NCBI GenBank assembly: GCA_965233585.1
Contig: CBDDTI010000745.1
Span: forward strand, 352,001-416,000
Direction of reading: 5' to 3'
DNA: 64,000 bases
From: a bacterium
GTDB lineage: Bacteria > SAR324 > NAC60-12
This document shows, one piece after another, positions 21,236-32,617 of this stretch. Position 1 is the first letter of the stretch; each line of letters begins with the position of its first letter. Position numbers and translations under genes: made by a program. The notes beneath the pieces were generated by a model, which worked only from the letters and a program-made list of their open reading frames with translations, made no database searches and was not told the DNA's origin.

Positions 21236-22290
21236 ATGAATGCTTTCTTCAAATTACAAGCCTTTCACTCTTTACTTGGTGAAGACTCTCAAATCTTTTC
21301 TGATGATGAACAGGTGGAAACTTTTGAGCTTTTTGAAAAAGAATTTGCTGAAGAACAAGACGAACAACTCCAATTCCTCATGGAACTCCAAACATTTAAA
21401 AGAGAATACCCAGAAGAATTTAGGAAGATTCAAAATTTACCTCATAAAACACGAAATGCCGTTTGCAATGACCAACTCAACCAACAAAGCCTTGTTTTTT
21501 TGAAAAATCAACACCGATTAGCCTTTTATCAAGTCTCTCCTAACCTTCAAGAACCAATAAAGCCAAAAACGACTGAAACCACTTTTGTTCAAACTGCCAA
21601 AACATTGAAGGCTCAAATCTTCAAACACACACTTCACACTCTGCCACATTTTCACTATCCACATGTCCAAGCTGCCAAACAACATTTTGACAATGAAAAC
21701 GTTCAACAAACCCAAGAAGACCCTGCATTCAACAAACAAGAAAACAAAGCCTTGTTTTTTTAAAAAATCAACACCGATTAGCTTTTTATCAAGTCTCTCC
21801 TAACCTTCAAGAACCAATAAAGCCAAAAACGACTGAAACCACTTTTGTTCAAACTGCCAAAACATTGAAGGCTCAAATCCTCAAACACACACTTCACACT
21901 CTGCCACGCTTTCACCATTCACACGTCCAAGCCGCCAAACAGAATTTTGACAATGAAAACGTTCAACAAACCCAAGAAGACCCTGCATTCAACAAACAAG
22001 AAAACAAAGCCTTGAAGTTTTTAAAAGCCTGTTTGACCACTCCAGACCTCTCATCTTCAGAACGAAACACCCTTCAAGGTGCAATCAATCAGATTCATCA
22101 AGGCACGGTCAAAAGTCTTGTCAAAGAACTTAATCTATTAGCCAAGTCCATTGCCAAATCCAAGCAAAACTCTGCCATTGAGGACATTTTAGCCCTCCTT
22201 GCCAAGTATGAAAAAATTTATCTGGAAGAGCAAAACTCTGGTGGAACAGACGATGCACAAATTGTCATCTCTCAATCTTATACCGAATGA
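21236..22290 (+). pseudogene. C-terminal remnant of an RM-associated helicase, frameshifted by a 260-bp duplication
   Basis: KLQAFHSLLGEDSQIFS and the terminal IVISQS resemble the C-termini of helicases encoded upstream of type IIG RM genes; no N-terminus; 21483-21742 repeated at 21743-22002. Confidence 0.7.
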
Positions 22291-22411
22291 GAAAAAATCG
22301 TTTTCTTTGAGATTCTGATTTGATGATTTATATTGTATTTGTTCCAAAGCAGTTATAGAATTTTTCATATTTTGGTTTGAAAACAACAAGCATTTTAGAA
22401 AAAGAGGATTT

Positions 22412-23620
22412 ATGAACTTATCATGGCATGAAAAAGGTTTGAAGAAGTTCCTGATGTTCCTAGCTGTTTTTGCATTTTTGCTAGCAGGTTGTCAGGACAA
22501 AAAGAAAGAGTCATCTTCTTCCAAAGAGAAAGATGAGGAAGTTTTGCCAGTAGCAGAACAGCCCAAGGGACCTCCTGTTGTGTTTTTTGTAGGCAATAGT
22601 TTGACCTACAACCATGACATTCCCAAGAAGTTTGGCAGTCTTTTGGAGCAGAACAACATCAAGGCATCAGGTTATCAAGGAGTGCAGTCCGATGTAGCAG
22701 GTGCGCGTAGTTTGGACGGGGGATTCTTTTCTATGATTCACAAAGTGTTGCTGGACAAAAACAGCCATCCTAAATTTTTGGTGTTGCAAGAACAAAGCAA
22801 CGGCTGGAGTTTTAACGACACAAAAGAAATCATTGAATATTATAAATCAGTTGCAAGTGAAATCGGAGCAACGATTGTCTTGTATCAAACATGGAACAAA
22901 CTTTTTCCTCAAAGTCGGAAAAGCTCTTGTAGATGGTCTGGTAAGACTTTTGACAATAGCGTACCAAAGCAATATTTGACCAATGGGGCAAAGTATTCTT
23001 TAGCAGTCGCTCCTGTTGCAGAGGCTTGGGAAAGTGCTTGTAGAAAATCCCTGACCGTGCCTTTAACTCCTCACAATGATTATCATGCTGACGCCGCAGG
23101 GGCTTATGCCGCCGCCTATACCTTTGTTTATACTCTGTTTCCCAATCAGCCCAAAGTGCCGTCAGTGTTAGATGCACAAATTCCAGCATCAGACATGCAA
23201 AAGCTCAACGACAGTGCTTATGAAGCAGTGAAGGCACAAAAACAGACCAAATTCATTCCCCCTGACCCACGCGTCAAAGATGATATTGGAGGGACCATAG
23301 AAACAGCCAAACGCATTGTCAATTTAAAAAACAACACTCTGACAGTCAGGCTGGAAACCTGTGATGTAGATTTATATTTCATTGAACCCACCCCCACCCC
23401 TCAAAAACTTAAAATTTCTGGTAACAAATACGATTGGTTGTACGTCTTTCTGGCTGATGGAAAGAAGCCAGCCAACTGGGTTGATGACTGGAGAAATGAA
23501 GATGCTCAGAAATTTGACACTTCTACCACTCAAAGGATTTATTTGTACGGGATTCAAAACAACTGCAACACTGCCAAACCTTGGACATGGGCATTTAATG
23601 TCAAGCTAGAGACCTTGTAA
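22412..23620 (+). CDS. Lipoprotein with SGNH/GDSL-like hydrolase domain
   Basis: Lipobox LLAGC; FVGNSLT, LVLQEQS, YQTW, APVAEAW, D.HA. Confidence 0.78.
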   Translation: MNLSWHEKGLKKFLMFLAVFAFLLAGCQDKKKESSSSKEKDEEVLPVAEQPKGPPVVFFVGNSLTYNHDIPKKFGSLLEQNNIKASGYQGVQSDVAGARSLDGGFFSMIHKVLLDKNSHPKFLVLQEQSNGWSFNDTKEIIEYYKSVASEIGATIVLYQTWNKLFPQSRKSSCRWSGKTFDNSVPKQYLTNGAKYSLAVAPVAEAWESACRKSLTVPLTPHNDYHADAAGAYAAAYTFVYTLFPNQPKVPSVLDAQIPASDMQKLNDSAYEAVKAQKQTKFIPPDPRVKDDIGGTIETAKRIVNLKNNTLTVRLETCDVDLYFIEPTPTPQKLKISGNKYDWLYVFLADGKKPANWVDDWRNEDAQKFDTSTTQRIYLYGIQNNCNTAKPWTWAFNVKLETL

Positions 23621-23745
23621 ATCTCAATCTTATTGATAGGCAATCTATCTTCAATCAGAGTTTGAAAAGTTGAAGACGGGTTGCTGATAGGATCAGATGA
23701 AGAATTTGAGAGGATGGTGGATTCGTTTAATGATCCATTAAGTCA

Positions 23746-24045
23746 ATGGAAACTTTAAATTTTGAAAAATTAGATAGTTTATTTTTTGAGTGGAGCAAAG
23801 CAAAGAATGAAAGATTAAAAACAGATAGAAAAGTCAGTTTTGAAATGGTAGAAAATTTGATTTTTAATGATGAAGTGATCAATATTGTTCCAGTCAGAAA
23901 TCAAATTAAATATCCGGGACAGAGATGTTTTTTGGTCAAATTGAATCATTATATTCATTATGTTCCTTTTGAAGTAAGGGGAGAAAATATAAGATTAATT
24001 ACTATTGTTCCAGATAGAAAATTTAATAAAATTTATAATAGTTAG
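23746..24045 (+). CDS. BrnT/DUF497-like toxin
   Basis: FEWSKAKNE…RKVSFE, YPGQ, VPF…IRLITI..DRK. Confidence 0.8.
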   Translation: METLNFEKLDSLFFEWSKAKNERLKTDRKVSFEMVENLIFNDEVINIVPVRNQIKYPGQRCFLVKLNHYIHYVPFEVRGENIRLITIVPDRKFNKIYNS

Positions 24046-24048
24046 ACA

Positions 24049-24351
24049 ATGGCAAATATAGAATTTGATAAATTGCACAAAGACCATGCTTTCGTCAAAC
24101 AGCATCAATTAGATGATTATGAAATAGAAACTTCTAATGATTTTTTAGATTATGAGGTTCAAGAAGTAGATCAGTCCGAAATTGACAATATTGTCAGGCT
24201 TGTCAGAAATGGTAGAAGAAAGAAAATGTCTTTCACTATTCAGGAATCTGATTTTTTAAAACTTCAAGAACAATCCAAAAAGAAAGGCATCAAAGAAAAT
24301 GAGTTGATAGAACAAGTCATACATAATTATTTGCTTGAAATAGCATCATGA
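24049..24351 (+). CDS. Putative antitoxin with C-terminal ribbon-helix-helix
   Basis: 3 bp downstream of the toxin; acidic N-half; KMSFTIQESD…KKKGI…LIEQVIHNY. Confidence 0.7.
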   Translation: MANIEFDKLHKDHAFVKQHQLDDYEIETSNDFLDYEVQEVDQSEIDNIVRLVRNGRRKKMSFTIQESDFLKLQEQSKKKGIKENELIEQVIHNYLLEIAS

Positions 24352-24522
24352 ACACTCACCAAGCCAAGCAAATATAAATAAAAATTGTACTTTCAAGATA
24401 TACGTGAACGTTCAAAGACTTTCAAAGCAATCAAATAAGAAAGTCAAAACCCCAAACTAAATCAATACTCCCTCTTCTTGTTTTAGTCCACTGAATCAGC
24501 TAGACTCTTCCCAATCTCTCAT

Positions 24523-24796
24523 CTAAAAAAATTCTTTGAGGTAAGGAATGACTTGAATGGTGACTATTAAACCAAGCATCCAACGATTAAGTTTAATTTC
24601 CCCTTTGACCAAACAAATTCCCTCTTTAAGTTCTGCTTTTGTTAAAATCAAGTCTTCTTCGGTTGCAAGTCCATCTTGTTTGGCACTTGCAAGATTTTTA
24701 AAGTGCATCGCTCAACGATTCTGATTGTTCTGATGTGAATCCTTTGTTTTGCAATCGTTGAATCATTTGATAAGTATCAAAAACTAATGTTGCCAT
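24523..24796 (-). pseudogene. DUF1640-like coiled-coil protein, frameshifted
   Basis: MATLVFDTYQMIQRLQNKGFTSEQSE then stop; continues in another frame as LATEEDL…RWMLG; span is 274 nt (3n+1). Confidence 0.78.
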
Positions 24797-24874
24797 GACA
24801 AAAATCTTTCTTAAATGGGTGCTTGTTTAATGGACAGCATAACAAATTTTAATACAAAATTAAAAAAGGAAAAA

Positions 24875-27800
24875 ATGGAAGAACAAGCACTAAAAAATTT
24901 TTTACAAAATCAATATGACCGCCAAGACTGGCAAGGTGTTTTGCAAAGCCTTTTTAGTCAGGGAAAGTTAAAATTACGAGAAAATCCAATTCCAATGCCT
25001 TGTCAAGACAAGTTAAAGGATTTTAAGCAACTTGGTTCTGTTACACTCAAACAAGACGAACGTCTGGATTTGTTTGAGGTAGAAGTTTCTGAAGAACTGA
25101 ATCTTGCAAGGAATCGTGTGGGAGTTAGCCAGATGGTGAAAGACACAGACCATGCACTTTGTGTCTATCATCAAGCAGGTTCAAAGCACTGGCGTCTGTC
25201 GCTGATTTCTAAAAGCTACGGCTTCCATCAAGGCACTGTCCAAGTCACAGACCTTGATGCCAAACGTTACACCTTCTTGCTTGGACAAGATGCCAAAGTC
25301 CGCACACCTGCCAATCAGCTTTTTACCTTCTCACAATCTGGCAGAACACTTGCAGAATTAGAAAAAGCCTTTAGCGTTGACCCGCTCAACAAAGAATTTT
25401 ATCAAGCCATACAACAATGGTATGACTGGGCTTGCCAATGCGTTCAATTTCCTAATGACTTGAATGAAACCGCTCATCAACCAAAAGCATTGATTAGACT
25501 GCTCACAAGGCTCATCTTTTGTTGGTTTCTCAAAGAAAAAAACTTAATCAACCAAGACATTTTTGACCGAAGCAAAGTTGCAGGGTTTTTAAATCTCAAT
25601 TCTGATGCAAGCAGTTATTACAAGGCAATGTTACAAAATCTATTTTTTGGAACACTTAATAAACCCAGAGACGGGGAGAGTGAAGACCCACGTTTGAAAC
25701 GTGAATTTAGAACAGACAGACAACATTACAACATCACTCATCTTTATCGCTACAAAGCGTTGTTCCAAAATGACCAAAAGGCACAACAATTCATAGATGA
25801 TTACTTCAAAGACATTCCATTTTTAAACGGAGGGTTGTTTGAATGCCTAGACCAGCCAAGCAAAACAGAAAAAACAGCCAAAGGCAATGACAAAATTTTA
25901 AGAGTTGACGGATTTTCTGACCGACCAGATAATCCTCTCAAAGTGCCAAATCATTTGTTTTTTGAAAACACCCCGCTTGCTCACACAAGCACATCTGGGA
26001 AGCTAGGACTTTTTGACATCTTAAACCGCTATCAATTCACGCTAGACGAAAGCACTGCCTCTGACGTCAATGTGGCACTTGACCCCGAATTGCTTGGACA
26101 AATCTTTGAAAACTTACTTGGTGCTTATAATCCTGAAACCAAAGACAATGCACGCAAAAGCACAGGTTCTTTTTACACGCCACGTGAGGTGGTTCAGTTC
26201 ATGGTAGATGAGTCCCTGCAAACTTATTTTGCCCAAAAGGTTCAAAACACTCTGCAAAATCCCAAAGACAAGTTTTGGCAAGAAACTCAAGCAGAATACA
26301 AAGAATTTTCTTGCAAGGAGGACATTTTGAAGGAGGTAAAAAGTTTGTGGGAGGACTGCTGTTCCCTCCATGCACAACCTGACAGCTCTAAGGCCGGGGA
26401 AGTTCCGCGGCAAGCAGTTGGCTTTTGCTCTGATTACAAAAGTCTTTCCACGTTTCACAAACTCTTTAGACCAAACAGTCTAGCAAATCATCATAAACTT
26501 TGTCAAAGGCTGTTTAAAAAATTATTGATTCAGGCGATTGATGATTTAAAAATTCTTGACCCCGCTTGCGGGTCAGGGGCTTTTCCGATGGGAATTTTAA
26601 ACACACTTGTCCAAATCTTACACATTCTTGACCCCAAAAATGACCATTGGAAGCAACGACAAATCCAGAAAGCTGAACAAATTGATGAAGACCAGACCAA
26701 AACAAAAGCGATTGAAGACATTGAGACGCTTTTTCAAACCAATCAACTAGGCTACAGCAGGAAACTTTACTTAATTCAAAACTGCATTTATGGCACTGAC
26801 CTTCAAAACATTGCTGTTCAGATTTCAAAACTCCGCTTTTTTATCTCTTTGTTGGTGGATCAAGACATTGATGAGGTATTGTTAAACTATAAGTGATATG
26901 CGATATTAAGTTCATTTAATTGAATTGATAGTCATGGTGTAGCAATGAAGTCGTGTCCTAGATGTGAAAGTGAGAAGACGGTTAAGAATGGTTTCTTATA
27001 TGGTAAACCGAGGAGGCGTTGCAATGCCTGCAACTATCAATATACCAAGTCCTATCGTGGTCAAATCTCACCACAGATCAAAAGAAGAGCATTAGAGTTG
27101 TATTTGGAGGGTCTTGGTTTCAGGTCAATCGGTCGTTTGCTGAATTGTTCTCATGTTTCAGTTTATAATTGGGTCTGTAGTTTTGGCGAACAGCTCAAGG
27201 CATTAAGAAAGGACACAGACATTGAAATTATGGAAATTGATGAAATGCACACCTACATCCAGTCAAAAAAAACTACTGCTGGCTCTGGATTGCTGTTGAT
27301 AGATGTGGGAAGCAATTTATCAATTGTGTGCTTGGAAACAGAGACTCAAAAGCCTGTAGGCATTTATGGGACAAGGTCAAGGAAACAAAACCTCTTCAGG
27401 TGATGACTGATCACTGGAAGGCTTACAAACAAGTCATTCCCAAAGAAATTCATACATGTTCCAAGGCAGAAACATACACGATAGAAGGGTATAATTCTCT
27501 CTTGAGACATTTCTTGGCAAGAATGAGAAGGAAAACCAAATGTTACAGCAAGTCTCTTAAAGCATTACAATATTCTGTTCTTTTGTTCATGGCAAAACGG
27601 AATAATCAGCTATCACTTATTACTTAACAATGCCATATTTTTCTGCCAAAACTCCAGCCACCAAAAAGAAATACCAAGACCAAGACCAACAGCAAAGGCA
27701 AGAACTTGCGACATTCCTGAAACAGAATGGCTGGCAAGATGAGATTGCCGACCGCATTGCCAGCTGGGTCCCTTACAATCAAAACACCGAAGCAGATTGG

Positions 27801-28223
27801 TTTGATGCAGAATTTATGTTTGGTGTGAAGGAGGGCTTTGACCTTGTGATTGGCAACCCCCCTTATATTCAATTACAAAAAGATGGGGGTAAGTTAGCCA
27901 GAAAATATGAACTCAAAGGTGTATCTGAAAAACATCGCTACCAAACTTTTGCCAGAACTGGGGATATTTATGTCTTGTTCTATGAAAAAGGACTCCAGTC
28001 TTTGAGGTCAGGCGGGCATCTTTGCTTCATCACTTCCAACAAATGGATGCGAACAGGATATGGCAAGGCGTTAAGAAAGTTTTTTACAGAACAAACCACT
28101 CCTAAACTTTTAATTGACCTTGGTCCCGGTGTGTTTGAATCTGCAACAGTAGATACAAATATCTTGCTTTTGCAAAGGACGCAACCTTCTGTTACAACCT
28201 CCCCCAGCCCCTCCTTATCAGGA
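24875..28223 (+). pseudogene. Type IIG (Eco57I-like) restriction-modification enzyme, disrupted
   Basis: RLLTRLIF, FLNGGLF, DPELLGQIFENLL, TGSFYTPRE, LDPACGSGAF, FDLVIGNPPY, TSNKW; cut by IS at 26875-27634 and truncated by IS at 28224. Confidence 0.92.
26875..27634 (+). mobile_element. IS1-family element, species A copy 2 (760 bp, apparently intact)
   Basis: Same TIRs as copy 1; InsA 26945-27403 and InsB linked by an A-run frameshift signal; no TSD. Confidence 0.96.
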
Positions 28224-28996
28224 GGCAGTGTTCACTTGATATTGGCATGATATTTTTCAAACCTTTTATAGTCAAAGAAGAGTTGTAGAGAGTGTTCCAG
28301 CATGTCAAAAGTTTTGGAATGTCGTTTAGATTTTCTCATCAAGCGAGCTAGGTTATCTCTGATGGAAGAATTAGAAGATTCAATGAGATGAGTGTTGTCC
28401 TTGCCTATCTGATGCTTTTGTGGAATTTGGAGTTGTGCAAATGCCACTTGATAGCATGAGTTGGCATCTGTATAAATCGTTTCAATTCTAGCTCGTTGTG
28501 CTTTGACTAGTCCATACAGCTGCTTTGCTGCTGCTAATCCTTTGCCTATCACAAAGGCAATCACACATTGTTCTTGACGAGAATAGGCTGTCCAAACAGC
28601 TACTCTTTGGCTTTTTTTTGAACAAAAGTGTAGATCTCATCCATCTCTATACTATCTACTTGTGCATGGAAACTTGGTGCGTCTTTTGGAAGTTGAGACA
28701 CTCTAGCTTTTTTGATCCAGTTGACAATTGAAGCGGGAGACACCTGCAAAAAACGAGCGATCTTTCTGATGCCTACACTATTGACATACATCTCTAAGGC
28801 TTGACGCTTGGTCTCTAGTGGGATTCTCAACCCATTTGAGGTGAATGCTCTCTGACATGACTTGCAACGATACCTCTGAACCCCTTTGTAACTTCCATTC
28901 TTGATATAAGTCTGACTCCCACAATGATGACAACTTCTCATTTCCATTCCTCAAATTCACTCTCACATGCAATGACAATACCAACTAAACACTGCC
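28224..28996 (-). mobile_element. IS1-family element, species B copy 1
   Basis: TIRs GGCAGTGTTCACTTG / revcomp GGCAGTGTTTAGTTG; InsA 28600-28947 (CHHC…CKSC) and InsB 28232-28564 (YTD, THLIES.NSSIR). Confidence 0.93.
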
Positions 28997-29029
28997 CTGA
29001 CAAGAGGGGTGTCCGTCAGGATGGGGTGT

Positions 29030-29631
29030 TTCCCTCTCCTCCTATTCAAAAGGTGGCATGGGAGAACAAACGTACTGGATTCACTGAAATCATTCCGCAA
29101 GGCATTGATCCCGGCTGGGATACTAACCCCGGCAAGACAAGATTCAAAAACCTGCTCAAATCCACCACTGACAAGCTCAATGACTATTCTGCACCACTGG
29201 CAGCTGCCACCATTGCCTCACTGCTCAAAGGCGTCTCTTTCAAACAATGGTATGAAGAAGGAAAGCAAGGAAACTTCCCAGTAGGCAGGCTGTCTGAAAC
29301 AGATGCCAAAAAAATCAGTGCCAAAACTCAAACAGTCGTCTTGTCTCAAGAAACTCTCACCAAACAGAAAGAACACCATCCTGATTTGAGTTTAGAAGAG
29401 TATGAGCTGGTGCAAGAGACCATTGAAAGAGGCGAGATGATTCAAGAAGATGAAAACAATTTGACTTATCTTTTAAAAAAGGAACAAGGGTATACAAGCA
29501 TCGTGAAATCAACAAAAACGGGGGAAGCTATCTTTTTAACAAGTTTCAGAAGACTACCAAGTCATCAGTTAGAAAGAGAGAGTGAGTTCAGAAGGCTGGG
29601 CAAGAAAAAAGGTCAAAACAAAAGAGATTAA
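29030..29631 (+). pseudogene. C-terminal remnant of a MuF (Mu gpF-like) protein with PBECR2-like domain
   Basis: GIDPGWDTNPG (end of MuF domain) followed by FPVG…LSQETL.KQ..HHPDL…IVKSTKTG..IFLTSFR; 5' end replaced by IS/REP sequence. Confidence 0.72.
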
Positions 29632-29993
29632 AAAGGGGCAAATACCGCTGCTGCTAACTTTCCTCTGCTCTCATCAAGGTTTGCAATTTCATCTCGATCA
29701 GGCTCAATGATGAAAGGGTTCTCAATTTGAGAGTGGTTGCGTTTGCAGTAAAGCCCATAGTAATCCACAATGGAAAACTGCATCAGATACCACTCTTGCA
29801 CCAAATCATTCTGAATGTAGGCATGTTGAGACCACATCTTAATTTCATCTAAGGAAAGATCAGTGATTTGAGTATATTCTTTCACATCAAGTTTGGGAAG
29901 TCTCTCTATTTGGTTGTAGTCAAAGTAACGTTTGACATGTAAGAGTCTGTTGTTTTCTAGGTTGCACTCTATGAGACAGATGGATGTTTTCAT
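29628..29993 (-). CDS. Hypothetical protein
   Basis: 121-aa ORF whose ATG overlaps the stop of the upstream metallopeptidase gene. Confidence 0.6.
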   Translation of the reverse strand: MKTSICLIECNLENNRLLHVKRYFDYNQIERLPKLDVKEYTQITDLSLDEIKMWSQHAYIQNDLVQEWYLMQFSIVDYYGLYCKRNHSQIENPFIIEPDRDEIANLDESRGKLAAAVFAPF

Positions 29994-31105
29994 TTTCTCT
30001 TGTTGAATGTGATAGGAATCACATTGGAAAAATTTCTCTCAAAATCACCTTCCTGAAACTCAAAATCACTGACTAGTTTCTTGAGCATCTCTGATTGAAT
30101 TTTAAGATGGGATAAAAGCCCTTCGTATTTCAAAGGTTGAGTTCTCAGTAACTGCAAGCAGTGATGAATCACTTCTGCTTTTTCACCAGTTACTTCTTCA
30201 TCAAACTTTTCTTGTTTGGACTGACCTGATTTGTTGAGATAGATATTGGCGTGTTGATAACGTTTGGAGTCTATCATGCCCAAGTCATACGCTCTACGAA
30301 TCATAGCTAACACAGATGTTCTCCATCTTAACTTAAGCCTGTATAGTTTTTGCCAAGAAATATAACGATCTTTCTCCAAAAAAGAAAACTCTTGAAGAAA
30401 TGCAACTCTGGGTAATAAAAAAGCACTAGCAAATCGGTTTGCTTCATTTTCAGTTTGATCATCTCCTGTTTCTATTCCTTGATGCATCACTAAATGCCCT
30501 AACTCATGAGCTAGATCAAAACGCATACGACAAACACTGGGTTTAGAAGGGTTGCGGATCACCAGAGGCCTCTTACAACCTATGGAAAAAGCATCTATCT
30601 TTTCTGATACTTGACTAAAATGACTCACAAAAATACCTGCTCGCTCAAGAACTCTAGTCATGTTCAAAATAGGTGTTTGTATGCCAAGTCCCCAATGTTG
30701 ACGGCATTTTTCTGCTATTTGTTCTATCTCCATCTCTTTTGAAATGGCTGGTAAGTTGACAGAAGGAAGTGTCAACACTTCGTCTAAATAACGAACTAAT
30801 CTCTGAAAGAGGTGAGCATAATTCCATGCCTGCCTTTCTATGTGACGAGGTGTGGTTTTGAGTTTTCTGAAATGACAAGACTCTTCTGAAATCAGTGTAT
30901 GATCATTGAGATCAAAGAAAGCAGGTGTCACTAATAAAGTCTCAGCAAGAGCTTTGATCATCCCATGTCTAGGATAGGTAGAATTGATCTCAAGTCTCTG
31001 AATATACTGCTTACTTGAGCCGACCTTGTCTCCTAACTCTTCCAATGTCAACCCATGGAATAAACGAGCTGACCTTAACTGCTCTCCTCTAAAGTCTATT
31101 GTCAT
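29990..31105 (-). CDS. XRE-HTH plus ImmA/IrrE (M78) Zn-metallopeptidase, RmrA-like antitoxin
   Basis: LRSARLFHGLTLEELG HTH; RFDLAHELGHLVMH; E.EANRFASAFLLP. Confidence 0.92.
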   Translation of the reverse strand: MTIDFRGEQLRSARLFHGLTLEELGDKVGSSKQYIQRLEINSTYPRHGMIKALAETLLVTPAFFDLNDHTLISEESCHFRKLKTTPRHIERQAWNYAHLFQRLVRYLDEVLTLPSVNLPAISKEMEIEQIAEKCRQHWGLGIQTPILNMTRVLERAGIFVSHFSQVSEKIDAFSIGCKRPLVIRNPSKPSVCRMRFDLAHELGHLVMHQGIETGDDQTENEANRFASAFLLPRVAFLQEFSFLEKDRYISWQKLYRLKLRWRTSVLAMIRRAYDLGMIDSKRYQHANIYLNKSGQSKQEKFDEEVTGEKAEVIHHCLQLLRTQPLKYEGLLSHLKIQSEMLKKLVSDFEFQEGDFERNFSNVIPITFNKRK

Positions 31106-31116
31106 TTATGATTTCA

Positions 31117-31701
31117 CTAATGTTTTTTAATTTGAATTTGATTATGACTTTCTGCAAAATCAATTCCTTCTATGGCTGATGGCTGCTCAATACCTTCATG
31201 TTCTCCTGATTGATTGTCAAATGGTTTTGCAGCGAGAGAGACTTCATGTTCACAGATGATTTCATTTTGAGAATTGACTCCAACAAATAAAATTCTGGTT
31301 GTTTCTAATTCTTCACATTCTATTAGGAATCTCCAGCAGTCCATTTTGCCTGTTGTCTGTTGGTCAAATAGACTTCCATTCTGCTCATACTTGTCACGTT
31401 TGAATTTCTCTCTATGCGTATCTCTTTTAAATTTGAAAGATACACCTGATATTGCTCCTAAAAACTTATTCCCCGATTTATCTATTATTTCCAAGTAATC
31501 ACATTCATCAGAAAATCTTGTCAAGGCATAGCAAGTTCTCTCGTAGCATTTGATACCATGACCCAATTTACCATCTCCTTTATCGGAATCGTGTGATTCT
31601 AATCCTTCCATACGAGTATGATGTATGAGATTGCCTATAGCATTGATCTTGTCCTCTGTAAGACTAGGGTTATAGTCCCATGGTTTCTTTAGGTGTTTCA
31701 T
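31117..31701 (-). CDS. Hypothetical protein, putative RmrT-like toxin partner
   Basis: 11 bp upstream of the HTH-IrrE gene on the same strand; PWDYNPSL…HD..KGD…G..CYER. Confidence 0.6.
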   Translation of the reverse strand: MKHLKKPWDYNPSLTEDKINAIGNLIHHTRMEGLESHDSDKGDGKLGHGIKCYERTCYALTRFSDECDYLEIIDKSGNKFLGAISGVSFKFKRDTHREKFKRDKYEQNGSLFDQQTTGKMDCWRFLIECEELETTRILFVGVNSQNEIICEHEVSLAAKPFDNQSGEHEGIEQPSAIEGIDFAESHNQIQIKKH

Positions 31702-31809
31702 AAATTTTTAAATGAAAAAGTTTAAAATCTTTATTCTATGCCTATTTATAAAAAAGTCAATCAATTTATATCTCTTATCTTCAAAATAAAAAGCTAATCT
31801 AGTTATTAG

Positions 31810-31975
31810 TCAAAACAAACTCTGTTGTCTAGGATCATTTTGAGTGGCATCTTGAATGATGCGGTAGATGTGCATCTCTGACAGGTGGTGGTCTTTGGCG
31901 ATTTTGTGAACACTGACACCTGCTTTGTATGCTTGTAGGATTTCTTGATTGCGGAGGGAGATCAGCAGTTGCTTG
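31810..31975 (-). pseudogene. C-terminal fragment of a Mor/C-family (Mu-like phage) transcription activator
   Basis: Not in the ORF track; manual translation KQLLISLRNQEILQAYKAGVSVHKIAKDHHLSEMHIYRII…RQQSLF* fits the Mor HTH and Q..LF tail. Confidence 0.72.
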
Positions 31976-32617
31976 GCAAATCATGTGGGAGGTCGTTCAG
32001 TTCAAATGGGTTGAGAATCCCACTAGAGACGAAGCGTCAAGCGTTAGAAATGTCTGTCAATAGTGTAGGCATCAGAAAGATAGCTCGTTTTGTGCAGGTG
32101 TCTCCAACTTCTGTTCTCAACTGGATCAAAAAAGCCAGAGTGTCTCAAATCCCAAAAGACGCACCAAGTTTCCATGAACAAGTAGATAGTATAGAGATGG
32201 ATGAGATCTATACTTTTGTTCAAAAAAAAGTCAAAGAGTAGCCGTTTGGACAGCAGACTCTCGTAGAAAGCAATGTGTGATTGCCTTTGTGATAGGCAAA
32301 GGATTGGCAGCTGCCCAAAAGTTGTATGCACTAGTCAAAGAACAGCGACCTAGAATGAAGACGATCTATACCGATGCCAACTCATGCTATCAAGTGGCAT
32401 TTGCTCAATGACAAATTCAACAGAACCACGAAATAGGCAAGAGAAATACTCATCTCATTGAATCTTCTAATTCTTCCATCAGAGATAACCTAGCTCGCTT
32501 GATGAGAACATCTAAACGACATTCTAAAACTTTGGACATGCTACAACACTCTCTCAAACTCTTCTTTCACTATAAAAGACTTGAAAAATATCATGTCAAC
32601 ACCAAGTGAACACTGCC
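31976..32617 (+). mobile_element. IS1-family element, species B copy 2 (5'-truncated, InsB nonsense)
   Basis: Homologous to copy B1; right TIR CAAGTGAACACTGCC; TGA near 32410. Confidence 0.9.

Noticed and set aside
28924..29030. N-terminus of the 235-aa ORF
   Set aside because: Derived from the IS antisense strand and a REP; not the native MuF start
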